DNA of 64,000 nt from Hormiphora californensis (Eukaryota > Animalia > Ctenophora), in NCBI GenBank assembly GCA_020137815.1, contig CM035360.1, positions 1,736,001-1,800,000 of the forward strand, read 5' to 3'. This document shows, one piece after another, positions 61,201 to 64,000 of the stretch (position 1 is the first letter of the stretch; every line of letters begins with the position of its first letter). The notes below the pieces were generated by a model. It saw nothing but the letters and a program-made list of their open reading frames with translations. It did not search any database and was not told where the DNA came from. Both the position numbers and the translations under genes were made by a program.

Positions 61201-63973
61201 CATTAACATTGTTAGTACATTGTTAGTACATAGTGGGAACTATCCAAGTTATCCAGCAGCTTTACATTTGGGAGCCAATATATCTCCCAGTTTCTATAAT
61301 CTCCTTTATCTTAATTCTTACCGCGTCCGAAGTAGCGCCCACTGCACCATTAGCGGAAATGTTCACCACATCATTATATGCACTGTAAATATCATCAACG
61401 TACATCTGGGGGTGTTGCTATGGTTACAAGTCACTATGGTAACACGTCACTTTGGTAACAAGTCACTTTGGTTGCAAGTCAAGGTGATGTGGTCTCAAAC
61501 GAAGGTTGCAGTACTGGGATACAATTGTATTACACATTCCCCCCGTATTACTCTGTACCTTATCAATGTCAACTGTTTTAAGCAAATCTGGATCAATATC
61601 CTTGTCATCATCGCATTTCCCATCATTCTGAAACATGTTATTGATCGTTATCATAAGATATATGATAAACTCATAGGGGGGGGGGGGATCACAGCAGTCA
61701 GAGACGAGAAATCCCCTTTGACGTGCTCTAAATATTGAACATATAATTTTGCTAACTCCGAGTTTGTAACAATCTAATAACAGATAACTTACAGCTGTGC
61801 ACCAAGTTTTAATTATAGTAACACAATCAGATGCGTTGGTTATCTGGTCTATCAGGGTTGTAAGTGTTTTATTGTTACTGTCCAATAATCCCTTCAACTT
61901 GGTGAACAACTTCAACTGGATCTCACCGATATCTGTAGGGAATAATAATTATAACTGGAGTAACAGAACCTACTGTAGCATGTTTGCAACCTATTCTCGA
62001 TCCGTATGTGAGATCGATCTCAGTCGCGCGCGACGTCGATTTCACTCAGGTGTCCATATATCACCAAAACCTACTGTAGCCTGTTTGCAAGGTAGAGATG
62101 TAGGGAGAGAAAGATAGAGAGAGAGACATAGAAAGACAAAAAGGTTGATTGTAACCTACTGTAAGCAAGGTAAAGAGATTGATTGTAGTTATCGGTAACG
62201 TTGGCATCGATCTCGTTATAGACATGGCCCGAGGCATCGTTAACACTTTCATTGAGCCGTTTACTGAGTGTATCGATAAAGATATCCCTGTAGTTGTCCA
62301 GAAACATGGTGGTGAATTGCTGAAATTTTAAATAGATTTATTAGTTCTTGGTACATTATTAAAATTACTCGGAAGATATACGCATTATGACATCTTTGTA
62401 GCTGCATATATTATCAGGGACACGGCATTTACTATTTAGATATGGACAGACTGCTCAGTTGACATTTGACACACTGATAACACTCATTGAGACATCTTGG
62501 ATGTTGAACAGCCCCCTTCCTCTCCGGCCTAAGGACAGATCATTGAACCATGATCGTAGATGGTCTAATACCACCCCATCCCTCCACTTACCCTCCATCC
62601 CCTTCACTTACCCTCCCTCCCCTTGCCCTCCCTCCACTTACCCTCCCCCTCCCTCCACTTACCAACTCTCCCCTTCACTTACCGCCTCAGCATCTTTAGT
62701 AAAGTTGTGTGCCTTGTCCACAATCCACTTTATCTGGTTAGAGGCTTCCACAACGTTGTTAGTAATGTGAATATTCGCCACCCACGCTATGAGACATCCC
62801 ATCCTGAGATGAGGGTTAGTTTGGTGTTTTCAATTAATTTTTTGTTGTTTTAAAAATGTTTCTCGGGATGCGAGATGAAGGTAGACTTTAGACTTTAGTA
62901 GGAAGAAGAGGAAAGAAGGGTAAAACTTGCAAGATATATGTTAAGAGGGATATCTAACAAACTAAACGCGTTAAAACATGTTACTAACATGACGAATACG
63001 GTAAAGGTACAGATAAGGAATGTAAGAATGAATCTTGTCGGTCCTTCACTGTCCGCTATCCTCTGCTCCTTCACTTCCTCGATGTTACCTGCACAGGGGT
63101 TTTTAATTCAAATCATTAGTCATTAGTTGATATAGTGGTTGATTGTTATGGAGACAGAGCAAAGTTACTAAAGCCTACCGCTATACTACTACGAAGACCG
63201 GGACTCACAGAGGAGGAATTTCGTTTCCAAACCCATCGTATAATATGGTATTTTCTACATTGTAGTAGAATCTACAAGATGCCCCCTCCTCCTCCCAACC
63301 CTCTTACCCGTTAGTTTCATGGACCAGAAGATGATATACGCAATGAGAATGATGGTGGCAACTACCACTGCAACGGTTACAATGGCTACGTACGCCAGCT
63401 GGTACTCCATGATATCCAGGTACTTGGTTGTGGTGTTTAGTGGTGACGTATCCACGGCCAACTGGACAGTCTCTGGGAATGGGAATCAGTTTTTATATTG
63501 CACTAATTAGTAAACTGTATGAGAGTGAGGTACAAATTAACTCTAACGCGAACGGTGGGCATAAAGGTGTAGAAACCTCTTCATAGCGAATAATTTATAT
63601 TTCGAAGAGCTGATAGTCAAAATTAATCGAATTTTACAAAGAAAACTAAAACAATATACATATTAACATGTACTACAACTGTTTACTGTGAACATGGGAC
63701 TTGTCACCCAAAATATGTGTATTTACAGCACTCGACTCATACAGTTCACGGTCATCCTCAATAAATAGTTTTACGTTGTAGTTGATGTAACTTACTAACT
63801 TACCAAAGAGTGTCTTTCTCTTCAAAGCGGTAAGGAAGCTATCACCGATACTTTTTACTGCTTTCAGCTGTCCAACATTGTAAACAGTTCCTGCAGTGTC
63901 CGAGATCTCGGGCATCTCCTTATACACAGACAGCTCTTTGGCACACGTTTCGTAATTGTAGCTCTTTGATGCA
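53839..63973 (-). CDS. Prominin-like pentaspan glycoprotein with an inserted kringle domain; ~1128 aa visible, 5' end beyond the window
   Basis: 25 phase-consistent GT-AG exons: 63973-63804, 63472-63308, 63088-62989, 62803-62683, 62319-62160, 61932-61793, 61627-61559, 61405-61322, 61186-61101, 61018-60873, 60682-60555, 60415-60306, 60149-59973, 59761-59623, 59469-59350, 58741-58632, 58413-58303, 58171-58003, 57638-57453, 57260-57105, 56937-56809, 56683-56543, 56366-56211, 54490-54323, 53985-53839. Five TMs in 1-2/3-4/5 spacing; prominin hallmarks WVAN after TM2, FDSYR...GVCIGYC...P..R.SGSNLGG, LIC, CKNE..LW..L.L and C......FC..M before TM5. The last exon may instead splice on (tt|gtaagt). Confidence 0.85.
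54483..55040. repeat. Minisatellite (41-47 bp) containing the acceptor of the penultimate prominin exon
   Basis: About 12-13 units of gtacacctaatagggagagaaaataatgagatggtgtagt, i.e. ...ttttctctccctattag|gtgtac on the coding strand. Confidence 0.92.
55041..56042. mobile_element. ~1-kb foldback (palindromic) element in a prominin intron
   Basis: Outer ends tagttagggg / cccctaacta; near-perfect arms ~55062-55500 and ~55574-56011 with a short, partly paired centre. Confidence 0.9.
56091..56163. mobile_element. Tc1/mariner(pogo)-like MITE, 73 bp including TA
   Basis: tacagtcagaccccgatttaccggg / cccggtaaatcggggtccgattgta. Confidence 0.85.
58747..58935. repeat. 43-bp minisatellite abutting a prominin acceptor, with X-box-like core
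   Basis: ttgatttaatttggtaagagcggttgccatggtgattgtaaca x~4.5. Confidence 0.9.
62578..62682. repeat. Tandem repeats of a splice donor (gtaagtg) in a prominin intron
   Basis: cacttacc occurs five times at ~20-30 bp spacing; the most upstream on the coding strand (62682) is the functional donor. Confidence 0.85.
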
Positions 63974-64000
63974 CTAAAATGTAGTGGGTTAGTGAGTGTA

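Noticed and set aside
61079-61738. 219-aa plus-strand ORF
   Set aside because: Antisense to phase-consistent prominin exons and without recognisable features.

Overview
Eukaryotic, intron-rich animal DNA with many (GA)n microsatellites and MITEs. The repeat repertoire looks like a ctenophore (Pleurobrachia-like), which is inference from recall, not a database result. By reading GT..AG junctions and checking exon phases I reconstructed: a convergent pair of intronless secreted Cys-rich paralogs (9.5-12.2 kb); a 10-exon G-alpha-q gene carrying an antisense RTE-type LINE fragment and two hAT MITEs; a Pro/Gln/Met-rich low-complexity gene; a shortened PRMT7; two tandem glutamine synthetase II genes; an atypical class A GPCR; and a gene of at least 25 exons encoding a prominin-like 5-TM protein that runs off the right edge. 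Two observations stand out. (1) The prominin carries a complete six-cysteine kringle domain inserted in its first large extracellular loop. (2) The second glutamine synthetase has a catalytic domain identical in protein sequence to its neighbour, but a remodelled N-terminal domain with an extra intron, a 14-aa insertion and loss of the ammonium-site Asp and Ser, suggesting a new substrate or a regulatory subunit. Intronic minisatellites repeatedly duplicate splice sites. Several single-base insertions in exons and two garbled blocks (about 28.4-29.0 kb and 49.1-50.8 kb) point to consensus errors, so frameshifts here should not be read as pseudogenes without read support.
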